Positions 37,236 to 49,393 of a stretch of DNA of 64,000 nucleotides are shown in pieces. The notes under the pieces are model-generated. The model saw only the letters and a program-made list of their open reading frames with translations. It searched no databases and was not told the DNA's origin. The position numbers were made by a program, and so were the translations under genes. Source of the DNA: Podarcis gaigeae (lineage: Eukaryota); assembly GCA_964106915.2 (NCBI GenBank), contig OZ066921.1; one strand, written 5' to 3'. Numbering within the stretch: the stretch's first letter is position 1; each line of letters begins with the position of its first letter.

Positions 37236-38949
37236 AGGAGGCTGCCTTACAGTGAGTGATACCATTGGTCCATTTAGCTCAGTATTGTCCACACTGACTG
37301 GTAGCAGCTCTCCAGGGTTTCAGGATAGACATTCCCAGTTCTATCTGGAGAGGCCAGGGATTGAACCTGGGACTTTCTGCATGCAAAACAAGATGCTTTA
37401 CCACTGATCTGGGGTACTTCTTCAAAGAAGGGCTCTCCTCCTTTGCACTCCAAGCAAAGATATTCCATGCCTACTCTGAGACTCTTCTTATTTTCACAGA
37501 TTTTATGGCTGAACAGAGGCAATAAGGCCGAAGAAGTGACAGATCGAAATGCTCACGAGTCCTTGTTCAAATTAAATCCTGGCTGTTTAATGTTTAATTT
37601 ACTTTTTCCTCTGCAATAATATATACACATCCAATCTGACACATCTTTTAGAAGAGAATGTAACTTCCACAGCACTTAATGAATCTATTTTATTGCAACA
37701 TCCTCGGCACTTTCAGCAGGTCCATAAACTTAGTTAATATTATACAGTATATAATGCTGTGTATCTATGTGCAGTTTTGCTCAGGCAACCTTCCCCATTG
37801 CTCAGTCGAGTTGCCCATTGCCTGGTTGTCTTCTGTGTCAAGTTTCAAAAGTCTGGGAGGTGTAAATGAATCATTTCTTTGCCATGATTAAGCTTAAAGT
37901 TAGAAATAAAATATGTCAATCAATCGGGTTGGAAATGTTCCTGCTGTCTAAGCTGGTTATGCAAAGCACTTGGAGGTGCATAGCTACAATCAATTAGGTC
38001 AAGGAAAGTGATGGCACTCGAAGCCATCAATGGGTGTCACTTGAATTCCTCATTATTTTTAGCACCGGTGGAAATGCGTGTCAGTAGGCCAGCATGCTGG
38101 GATGGGAATACAATTACTTATGAGCTATGCATTCAACTCAAGCTTCCGCCACATTAACATCTCAAAATTAAATTTTATTTTCAAGCAAAACAGCCAAGGT
38201 GGAGGGTGTTTTTAAAAGGGGGGGGGAAGGGTGACGGTGGTGAAGAAATGCCTTCCATTCTATATGGATGCACCGCTAGTCGCCGTGCAGAATGCCTTGA
38301 TAATGATGAGGGCAACCATCCCAAAACAGCCGGATAATTGCTGCACTTAATCTATGACTGCCTGCATAAATAATCCAAGCTACCTCCAAATGCTGGTGGA
38401 AAGGAAGAACAGGAATGCATGTGATATAGGAATGCAAAACGCAACTAGGTACAAAACAAAAGCACCAGCCCAAGTGAGAGGGCCATATATAGATCCCTCC
38501 TGCTTGAATGCATCATACTAAAACACAGGGTCATATAATAATGATGATGATGAATATGATGATGATAATGTTGCCCATCTGACTGGGTTATCCAACAAAT
38601 TAGAACACAGTAACAAATTAAAACACAGGAATAAAGCTGACTGGATAGTGGGTTTTTCAAAAAGCAGTCACAACACAATATTTACCACCCAAAGAAGTGG
38701 TAAATATTAGCATATGTAGATGATTGTTAAGAGGGTTAGACAAATTCATAGTGGTTATCAGCAGCTGTCCCAGTCAGGGCACTTGAAGCTCACAAGGCCA
38801 ATCACCGCCTCTCAGCCTAACCTACCTCACAGGGCTGTTGTGAGGATTAATGAGGAGTGAGGAAACAATGCACACTGTACACCACCTTGAGTTCCTTGGA
38901 TAAAAGGCTGGGATATAAATGCAACACATAAATAACACTGCAACTTTTG

Positions 38950-39905
38950 GCTGAGAAAAGCAGCTTTTGATTGTTGCAGTACCGCTTGGGATTGCCAGCG
39001 CAGCCTCCACCGAAAGACCAAGTCTGGGAAATGCAGGTCCATATTTTGTGAGCTCATCTGCAAATTGCACCCATGATGATCCAGAGATTTTGCCAACTCC
39101 AATTTTAAGCTTTCTAGCTTTTGACTGCTGCCTGAGCTGTGTTTCAAAATTCAAAATGGTTTCATCCGCGTTCCCATGTTGGAGCAAATGTTTGTCTCTC
39201 TCCTTGAATCTGTTTTCCAATTCCTGAGCACAATGGTCACTAATGTTGTTATTAACACCATCATTATTGCTGTTGGAAAACTTTTTGTGGGAGTTTACCA
39301 GGATGTTTTAATGGTGCTTCAAGGTCCACAGATTCATATGTCTTTTAGACTGCTTCAAAAGTGTTGTTGAAAACAATATCATTTCAAATTCCTTGCCACT
39401 CCAAACATTGTCAATAAGTTTCAATGCTTCCTTGACATCTAGATTCTTCTTCTGCAGCAGTGATGTTACAGGTTTAAGCTATCCCAGCAACTTTAGCATA
39501 ATTTCAATAAGAAAGGAAAAAGAAAAACTGCTGATCAGACCGAACAATTTAATAACTTCAGTTTTTAGATCACCAGATTTGTCACAAAGGGAAGATGTGC
39601 TGATTAATTTGGGTGTGGACACAATGAATTCTTTATCTGAATGTAAACTGTAACTAAGTCCAAGCGTCCAGTCCATCGTTGAACCAGCAGGCATTTTAAA
39701 GAACTGCCTTTATAAACCTGAGCAACACACCCCTTCTTAAAAAGATGTGTGCAGTTCACATGAGTCAAAATATTCCTTCATCTCAGGTATAGCCTCAATT
39801 GCAGGTACTATTACGAAATGGAGCTGGTGATTAACAGAATGAAGAAGCAAAACATTTCAGCCAAGTTATTTTTAGAACCAAGCTAGAACAACACCAGATG
39901 TGCGA
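38950..39905 (-). pseudogene. Degenerate hAT-superfamily (ZMYM1-like) transposase fragment
   Basis: Minus-strand frames, with shifts and stops, give LLHSVNHQLHFVIV (HCxxH-like motif), SLKCLLVQRWTGRL (RW motif), EVIKLFGLISSFSFSFLIEIMLKLLG*LKPVTSLLQKKNLDVKEALKLI and FPRLGLSVEAALAIPSGTATIKSCFS (hATC dimerisation domain), in canonical order. Confidence 0.8.
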
Positions 39906-42900
39906 AATGAAAGGAAAAGCAGGTGGCGAGGGGAAGAGGGAAACAAACTCAGGCACCAGTTTTAACCTTGCACCCAATGCTCTTACAACAAGCAATTTGG
40001 CTGGAAACAGTTGAGGAAGGAGAAGAGCCTGATAGAAGTGATCTCTCAACAGACTTGCTGGAGTGGCCCTACTTCACATCTCTTCCTCTGTTGCAGCCTG
40101 ACGGAGTAGCTGCTGCCAGGTGACTCTGTTCACTCTGAACCCAGCCTGTTCTTCCCTCCCTTCCAGAATGGCCAGGCCTTATCACACAAACTCCCTATGC
40201 CTATAGTGGCTTCCTTCATGAGGCTTCCTTTCAAACACAGTTTGATGGTGGGGCACAAGAACTGATGCCTACCAGTGAGGGCTGCTGTTTAGGTACATGG
40301 TTGGATGCTGCATTAAATTAAAGCCAAGGCTTGCAGCAGCCTTCCTTCAAACACGCGACTCCTCTGAATTTCACAGTGCACATTCTTCAGCCAAGTAATA
40401 TGTACAAAAATGCTTATGCTGGGCCAAAGTGTGCAGTAGAATGCACATATAAATGAAAACAACATACAAAAATGCATTTTATTAGTGGAAATTGCTTTGC
40501 AAAAATGTGCATATTATAATGGTAATTATTATTATTAAATGTATTACCTGCCCTTGACCAGCAAGTCCCAGAGCAGGTTGCAACAATTTAAAATTCAGAA
40601 TTATTACAGTCACAGGAATCGGGGAGGCCCTGTAAACACACATCTCGAGTGTGAAAGATCAGAGTAAAGAGGGGCATCTTCAGCACTCATAGAAGCATAG
40701 AAGTTTAGAGTTGGAAGGGATCCAAATGGGCAGTTCAACCCCCTACCACTATTCACTGAAAGCTGTAAAGTGAAGGAGGTAGACACACCTCTGTGAGGAG
40801 GGAATGCGCTGCCACGGAGAATTCTCTCTCCTTGGCCAACCATGGTGCCCCGAACTTCTGAGGAAGGTGGAAAAACCAAGAGAATCCCCTCAGTTGAGGG
40901 GAGCAGGAGCAGTCTGCATCCAAAAGATGGGAGAAATTCACACTAAAATGCTGGTGAATTTTCCTGAGGACTTAAAAATGAAACACAAAACCCTCAGACT
41001 GATGTGGAAATGTGGAGAGCTGAACGTGGAAGTGGAGAAATGAGAAATGCAAAGAACCTGAAACTGGGAGGGGGTTGTATATATGCTGGTTGGAGCAAGG
41101 CAACCAGCCCCATCTTAGGTTATGTTGCTTCTTCAATAGTGCAAAGGCCTCTTGCTCATGCTGCTTAGAGTGAGGAAGGCCCGTCAGCTGCCACAGGTGA
41201 AGAGCCTTGAGCGCTTACCTTGCTGCCTTCTGCTCTTGCTCTCACTTGCAGGTGGCATCCCGACGAGAGGCACGTTACAATAATCCAGGCCTTGAGGCCA
41301 GGAAGACAGAGATCCATCCTGATAAGGTCGATGCCTGGAAGTAAAGGTCTCACATTTTGAATTCTTTCGAGATAGTTTCAAGGGGAAAGGAGGGGTTGGC
41401 TTGGGGAGGAACAATCCAGTTTTTGATGGAGGCAAAAGATTACTGCCAGAAGCCAGTTTTCCACAGTCAGCTTTACTTTGGTGACTGACCTCATCTCTCC
41501 GTGTCTGTCCAAAGGCGAAAAAGCTTCTTGCTGGGCTCCAATCCCATCTGCAGATAAGATAAATCGGCAAGAAGAGAGGGGAGCCCTGTCCCTTGAGGGA
41601 ATCCTTTTCATCCGGCAGTAGAACCAACCAATTTTCTTGTGGCTGCTCCATTCAAATGGGTGAGAGACTAGGGGAAGTTTAGTTCATCTGAATGGTTTCT
41701 ACAAGGAGAAGCAGCCTGCCATCCTCCTGTAGACCCCTCTGACACTGGCCTCTCATTATATGCGAGGTTTTGCACCCATATCTGCTGTTGGCTGCACAGC
41801 TGGGAAGCTATGGAATATTTCTGAGCATTACAACTGCTCAGGGCAAAGGTGTAACAGTGTACACACAACATCTTGTTCTGGAATCAGTGAAGACTGTGTA
41901 CTTGCTTTCTTCAGTATAGACAATACTTTAGTCTGATGTGTATTTTTTGCCCCAGAAAAGCACATTTTCACAAACTAGTTTCATTCCAAAAAGTTCAGTG
42001 CAGATTGATTCTGCATTACCCTCCAGTGTGTCCATCCATTTGAAAACAGTTGCAGGAGGTCCTGGCAATGAGGGCAGTATCCACACTTGTCCAATGATGT
42101 TGTGGGTGGGCACTGGGCACATATCAAGAGCACAACCACCACTTCCTTCTTCACTCACCTGGGGCATGTGTGGGTAGGAAAATGTTAACAAAAGGGAGGA
42201 CTTTCAAATGTACTGTGTGTCCCCAAGAGCTTCTGTGTCATGAGTCTGAATCAACATGAAACTGATGAATAGTGACATAATTTATATCCATCTGCATGTT
42301 TAACCTCATTCCTGAGAGCAGGACTCCTCACCTCACAATTTGGCCACTCATTGGTCTGAATCTTCTCCTGGAGACACTGCATCGTTGAACACCAACTCTC
42401 TAGAAGTCTAGGTTCAAGGTTTGCAACTATGGCACCTCTCAGTTGTTGTGGTCTACAACTCCCATATCACCAGCCAGAGTGTCCAGAGGTAAATCCACAA
42501 CCAATCCCTCTCCACAGGGAACTATGGGACTTGTAGGCCTCTCAGGGGCATAGGGGTGTCCTTTAACAAGCTAAACTTCCCAACATTCTTTGGGGGAAAC
42601 CATGACTGATATGATGCTGTTTTAAACATACAACAAAAGGTTGAGCCTAAGAATGAAGTGTGGCTTTCATTTAAATTGGGGCCAGGAGAGAGAGAACAAA
42701 CCCAGGCCTCAAGAGTTTGGGAAAAACTTATATCCGTTATGTGCACATGTTTGGAAACATATTTCTATCTCGCTTCCCCATGCCAAAGAGTAGGTACCCA
42801 AAACAGTTAACAAGAAGAAACATAAAATCAACAATAAACAGTGATGAAAAAATCCAGTTTTTAAATATTTTTTCTGCTCTTAAGTCCAGTTCATCGCATT

Positions 42901-44393
42901 TCCACATCAGTTTGCAATTTTAAAAAATCCTCATGAATATTCATTAGCAAACTTCTCCAAATATACACGTGCAATTTTGTCCGTCATGCACATGTTTTGC
43001 AAATGAATTTTCTTTAATATAATGCAATTTTAAAATGTTATTTTACCAAAATATGCACACTTTGCCCCAGTATATGCATGGTTTGTACACATAGCTTGGC
43101 TGGAGTATGGCACTGCAAAATTCTGAGAAGTGCAAATTTCAAAGGATGGCTGTCTTCCTGTTCATGCATTGTTTCAGAAAGTGCAAATTAGGAAGCTTCC
43201 CTTTTAAATGAAAACTGAATTTCCACCATCAGAGATCACCAATGTGGTACCCTCTGGATGTCACTGCACTACAACTCCCATCATGCCTAACCACTTGCCA
43301 TGCTAACTCAGACTAATGGGAGTTGTAGTACACCACACCTGAAGGGCACCACCTTGACTACTCCTTGCTTAGACCATGGTTTGCTATAAAAAAGCATTTT
43401 CTCCACTAGCTCTTTTTTGTTGTTGTTGGTGGTGGTGCTGTGTGTGTGTCTGTGTGTTTGTTTGTGTTTGTGTTTAAGATGCAACTTCATGCTAAATTAA
43501 ACAATACTCGTGTGCTGAAAGGGCAAACCTTCTGTGCTCAGTGAGCCATTTTTTAACATACCCTTTATGAAAAGTTTCATAGGGAAATGAATATCGCAGG
43601 AAGCCCAACATAGCTTTCTTGATAGACCAGAGTTGCAAAGTGCTTAGTTACAGTAGTCTCACCAGGGTTTTCATGAAAGAGCTAATAGGGATGGTAAGTT
43701 AAGGGACTCTTGGTGCAGTCAGTGTGAACATCTGGGATGCCACTGATGGAATGTGACCTTGGCACATCTCTTTCTCATCTCTCCCTTTAAAGTGATGGCT
43801 GCAGCAGGATACCATGCAGGAGACTTTTCTAGTCCCCTTCAGCCCAGTTGCATGGATCTCAGTTCTTACCAGGCCCAAGTGAGTGGCAGAATTGATCCAC
43901 ATGAGATGCAGGGCTGGACTGCTGGACACAGGCAGAAAAAGAAGGTGGTAGAAGAATGCTGAGAAGGTAGACTATAACGCAACATTGCAAGGGGGAGGGA
44001 TATTGCTTATTTAAAACATTTTAGCACCAAAGAACGGCTCCCAGGTTGGCATAAAGAGGTGAGTGAGTAAGACAACCCCTGCTCTAAGGCTTCCAATCTA
44101 GAACACACGGCACAAAAGGGAAAAGGAATGGGCAGGGAGGAAGGCAAAGCCAAGCACCAGTTCTTCAAGTGACAGTTCTTATAGGGACCACTTGCGATGG
44201 AAACTGTCCAGGCAGGCCAGAGGTAAGCAACAAAGTGTTGCTGGACTCCAGCTCCCATCAGCGTAGCTAATGGATGGAGAAGATGGAGGCTGTAGTTCAA
44301 CAATGTATGGAGGCAGTAGCAATCAGTGAGGCAGCATGTGCAGGACAGTGTTGCTCTCCTAGCTTCCTAACATGGAGAGGGGAGGGCAAAGCA

Positions 44394-44633
44394 AAGAAGA
44401 AGAAGAGTTTGGATTTGATATCCCGCTTTATCACTACCTGAAGGAGTCTCAAAGCAGCTCACAACCTCCTTTCCCTTCCTCCCCCACAACAAACACTCTG
44501 TGAGGTGAGTGGGGCTGAGAGACTTCAAAGAAGTGTGACTAGCCCAAGGTCACCCAGCAGCTGCATGTGGAGGAGCGGAGACACAAACCCAGCTCACCAG
44601 ATGACAAGACTCTTAACCACTACACCACACTGG
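44394..44633 (-). mobile_element. Squam3B-like SINE
   Basis: Minus strand has tRNA-like head CAGTGTGGTGTAGTGGTTAAGAG, body CTCAGCCCCACTCACCTCACAGAG and (CTT)n tail. Confidence 0.8.
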
Positions 44634-44811
44634 GAGTATGGAGCAGAACCTTGTGGTGCACGGGGGCAGGAGTGCCCAGTTAGCTACACTCCTTGCACCT
44701 TCCTCTCCCCTCTGAGTAAGCACCGGTGACCCGCCATATTGAGAATTTCCTGATAACGCCCAAAGCACTCTCTCAAAATTGTGAATGCACCCATGGACTG
44801 AAAACCCCAAA

Positions 44812-45120
44812 CACAAGAAGAGCCTGCTGGATCAGGCCAGTGGCCTATCTAGTCCAGCATCCTGCTCTCACAGCAGCTGAACAGATGCCTGTGGGAAACC
44901 AGCAAGCAGGATTCGAGTACAAGCCATTCCTTCCTCCTGTGGGTTCCAGCAACTGGTAGTCAGAAGCACCTCCAGCTGTGGAAGGAGAACCATTGGTAGT
45001 CCTCTCCTCCAGAAAACTGTCTAATCTTTTCAAGCCATCTAGGTTGGTGACTATCACTGCCTCCTGTGGGAGTGAGTTCCATAGTTTATGCACTGCATGA
45101 AGAACTGTTTTCTTTTATCT
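44812..45120 (-). mobile_element. CR1-type LINE 3' end, second family (others ~33995-34258 (+), 46601-46735 (-), 54455-54715 (+))
   Basis: Minus-strand ORF HKLWNSLPQEAVIVTNLDGLKRLDSFLE resembles the CR1 ORF2 C-terminus; shared 3' UTR ending cttcttatgttc. Confidence 0.75.
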
Positions 45121-46842
45121 GGCAAGAGAGAGGGGGGGGTCTCCAAGGAGAATCTTAATGCGTAGGGAGGTTCGTTGCTAAATTTCACTGCTAAATTTCA
45201 TGATGATCTGTTTTGTGCTGGAAAAACAGCTAAAATGTATTAATAAATCAACCTTTCTTTGCTCCCGATGTCTCTTTTTCTTCACAGGGACCAAAACCGC
45301 ACTTTCCTTGTGTATTTTTTTAAAAAATGAAATGAAATAAAAAGAGACAGTTGGGTAGAACTGTCAACTCCCCTTTTGAGGGAAGAAGAAGTAAATGGTT
45401 TGAGTTTGCCGTGGTTTCTGATTGAGGAGCCTTTGAAGTAATGATAGCTATAATTTAAAGCAACAGTTACCATATTTTCATCTCTCCCTCCCCTCCCTGC
45501 CCATGACAGTCTTTTATGCTGTTAAGTATAAACCTACTGAAAACTAACTGTTGCTATGCTTGAACATACTAGCAGGACCCTTAGAGGTTCTGTCTCTAAT
45601 TGCCATCATATGTAGCTAATATTGCAAACATAACTGCCTAATGATAAGGTTACTGCACATAATTTCTTGACAGAGGAAAGGTAGAGAGAGAGAGAGAGAC
45701 TCAGCTTTTCTTTTTTTCCCTTACTGTTTGCTCAAAAATATTTTCTGAAAAGAAATTATTTTTCTTTCTGGAAGCAAGATTCTTCAGGCCTGGCAGTGAG
45801 CATGAATTACGGTGAAATGGGGTGCTGCGTGGTGGTTTCGGAGTTGTTGTTTTTTTAAGCTGTCTGTGCCAATCCATCATCCATGATCTGGGCTCATGAA
45901 AGCGTTTGGAGAACCTACTTGTGGTCTTCAGTGCATGTCCTGCTTTGGGGAGAACAGTCTTCTAATTGAAGTGCTGCTGGTCTACGTTTGGTTTGAAGAT
46001 TAGGCATCACAAGGAGGGAGAAGTGCAGGGGGTTTAAGTTTAGCACCTGGAGAACAGACTGAGGTGGCACACAGATCAGCAGGCCATCATATTCATGTGT
46101 CAAGATGGGCGAACTTGTCAATTATTGTTTCAGTTTTTCCAGTCTTAAATTCAGTCCTCCACATTTCCTTGCAATTAAAAAAAATAATAAATTGTTGTGA
46201 ACATTCCATCTGATTTTAGTGCAAATATATTAGGATATACATAGGTTCGTTTGCAATTTTGCCTGATATGCACCTTCTTTGCACACACAGTATGCTAATA
46301 TAATGCTTTTCATACGCTGTTGTCACACCTATACATTTTAATGCACCCTGTCCCAGTTTTGGTTAGAGACCAGCTGCATCACAATATCCAGAGTTTGAAT
46401 TTTGACAGATAGCTGCATTATGGTTTTGGGAAGTGCCAATTAGATGGGTTCTCAAACCCAGTCGAATTCCTCCCTCATCCCTACCTCGGGGGCGGGGGGA
46501 CAACCTACACCCAAAACAAGCAGTAGGTCTGTATCTGGAATATAGAACCTGTGGCCCTTCAGATGTTGTTGGATTCCAGCTCTCATCAACCCCGGCCAAA
46601 AGAACATAAGAAGAGCCAGCTGGATCAGGCCAATGGCCCATTTAGTCCTGCAACCTGGTCTCACAGTGGCCAACCAGATGTCTATGGGAAACCCAAGCAC
46701 AAGAGCACTCTCCTCTCCTGCAGTATTCAGTAACTGGTGGGCTGAAGGCTGCAGTAGAACATGCTGACTTGATGGACCAGTGGTCAGCCTTATTCAGAGT
46801 GAAACCTTAAACTGGCCAAACCTTTCTCAGCATTATCTACAC

Positions 46843-46970
46843 CAGCCTTCCTGAACCTCATGCCCTCCAGATGTTGTTGGACTACAGCTCCCATTATTCC
46901 TGACCATTGGCCACGCTCATGGGAGTTATAGTCCAGAACAATTGGAGGACACTAGGTTGTCGAAGGCTTC
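46843..46970. mobile_element. Representative of an abundant palindromic MITE (ccagatgtt..gactacaactcccatca...tgatgggagttgtagt..aacatctgg)
   Basis: Self-complementary ~130-bp unit with many copies, e.g. ~2600-2725, 11900-11980, 27985-28090, 29125-29245, 31490-31615, 43235-43365, 48630-48760. Confidence 0.75.
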
Positions 46971-47080
46971 TGTGACCCATTTATTCTTAACTGTTCTGTT
47001 ATTTTATATATTTCAATTATTTCCTTTAGGCCCTTATTTTGGATATGGTTTTCTTGTAGAAAATCAAGATACAAATATAT

Positions 47081-47431
47081 AAAGGTAAAGGGACCCCTGA
47101 CTATTAGGTCCTGTCATGGCCAACTCTAGGGTTGCGGCGCTCATCTCACTTCATTGGCCGAGGGAGCCAGCGTACAGCTTCTGGGTCATGTGGCCAGCAT
47201 GATTAAGCCGCTTCTGGCGAACCAGAGCAGTGCAGGGAAATGCCGTTTACCTTCCCGCCGGAGCGGTGCCTATTTATCTACTTACACTTTGACGTGCTTT
47301 CGAACTGCTAGGTGGGCAGGAGCAGGGACCGAGCAACGGGAGCTCACCCTGTCGCAGGGATTCAAACCACTGACCTTCTGATTGGCAAGTCCTAGGCTCT
47401 GTGGTTTAACCCACAGCGCCACCCGTGTCCC
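47081..47431 (-). mobile_element. Sauria SINE, second subfamily
   Basis: Reverse-strand head and ACCTTT tail; flanking duplication ATACAAATATATAAAG (47069-47084, 47433-47448; partly overlaps the tail). Confidence 0.9.
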
Positions 47432-49031
47432 TATACAAATATATAAAGCACAGCAAATTCACATCAGGCTGCTTTGAGAGCTGCATGACAGACAAATCCT
47501 AGGTCAGATATGAATATATAATAACATTTATTTTCCACTGACAGCTGGCTAGTTAGTAGATGAAGCCACTTGTAACAAGCCTGCATTTAACAAGCCAGCA
47601 TTTCTATCAATATCTGTCTGAGACAGGACTCTGCAAGCAGGTCTGATATTCCCCCTCACCCCAGTGCTGTGACCAGCTGTCCACTGCAATTGGTGATTGT
47701 AGTGACTGATTCCTAAGCAAGGTTGAGCAATATCGATAGCAGATCTATAACATTCTACCGATGGAAGAATGGAAAACTTGAGCAAAACTTAAATGGAAAA
47801 GAAAAGGAGAAAAGGGTCATTAGCAACATAAATGAAATCTTTCTTTTTAAAAAAATGCATTAAAAAGGAAGTAAAGATTAAATCTTAGGAAACACTTAGG
47901 CTTTAGTTTTTAAAAAAGAGGGAGGGAGGGAGTGAAGCAGGTGGAAGAAAATGGCTTTCCCTGTGGGAATAATGTACTCTCTACATCTCATAAACCAGTG
48001 CTTTTATGGGAAGTTCAGCCCCCCATTGGTTGCAGATATGCAGCAAGAGTGTAGGTACTTTATACAACATGAGTCCCTTCAATAAGTCATGCAGAATCCG
48101 AAAGGTTGCTGACATTTTCGGTTATGTGTCTTTTCATTAAAGGTAACTACCACTTTAAGCAAATTGTTTCAGGGATTGGAATGTAGCAATGGCTGATCTA
48201 ATTAGTGTAGGCTGTAATTTAGGAGGGTTCATTATGTCACAGACATTATGACTCCTGGGTATTACTAAAGGACTCATTTGTAGTACTCGAAATGAATTTC
48301 TCGTGAATGCATATAATGTCATCCATATACCTAGGATGCAGATTTAAGATGACTTGACATGTTTTAAAGTCTCTTGAGTTTTCAGTGGAGATTAAGTTTC
48401 CAGACAGTTGTAAACAGATCTTCAAACAGCACAGATTTATTATTTTGCAAAATGCATTAAAGATGTTCACACGGTTTCCCTTTCTTTCTGGGTGCAGAGG
48501 AAGAGGAGCCCACATTCACTTCTATAGACTTCTGAACAAGATGCTCAGGACAGATCAGGAAGGAGTTTCTACAACAAGAAACTTGCAACTGCCTCTAGAC
48601 TCCTTTCCTCATAGCAATAGCCTCTGGAGCAGGAACGGGGAACCTGTGGCCTTTCAGATACTCTTAGACTCCAATGAACATCATCCCCAGCCTGCATGAC
48701 TAATGGTCTGGGATGGTGGGAGCTGTTGTCCAACAGCATCAGGATGGCCACTCCTGCTCTAGCAATGAGACTTGCCTTTTTCCAGAATGCTGAACTCACT
48801 CACTGTTTAGTGCTAAAGGGCTCAACTGAGAGCATAGAACAGATGTGACCCGATTGTCACGAATGGAGTTGCTTTCATGATGGAATTCTGTGGCAGAGTT
48901 TTACGTCTGCAAACTGAATCTACATTGACCCTGGAAGATTTGGTCTTCTATAGTAGGTGTTGCATTTTCTTCACTGGACTATTCCGCTGTGGGACACGTA
49001 TAGATAATTGTCTACAGCTACATTATTCTGA

Positions 49032-49393
49032 GGGACGCGGGTGGCGCTGTGGGTAAAAGCCTCAGCGCCTAGGGCTTGCCGATCGAAAGGTCGGCGGTTC
49101 GAATCCCTGCGGCGGGGTGCGCTCCCGTTGCTCGGTCCCAGCGCCTGCCAACCTAGCAGTTCGAAAGCACCCTCGGGTGCAAGTAGATAAATAGGGACCG
49201 CTTTCTAGCGGGAAGGTAAACGGCGTTTCCGTGTGCAGCTCTGGCTCACCAGAGCAGCAATGTCACGCTGGCCACGTGACCCGGAAGTGTCTTCGGACAG
49301 CGCTGGCCCCTGGCCTCTTCAGTGAGATGGGCGCACAACCCCAGAGTCTGGCAAGACTGGCCCGTATGGGCAGGGGTACCTTTACCTTTACCT
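49032..49393 (+). mobile_element. Sauria SINE, full length
   Basis: Nearly identical to 6500-6856; TSD TACATTATTCTGA (49019-49031, 49394-49406). Confidence 0.92.

Noticed and set aside
38950-39905. Domesticated (functional) transposase gene
   Set aside because: Multiple stops and frameshifts, mutated CxxH and catalytic Glu, and no N-terminal half seen.
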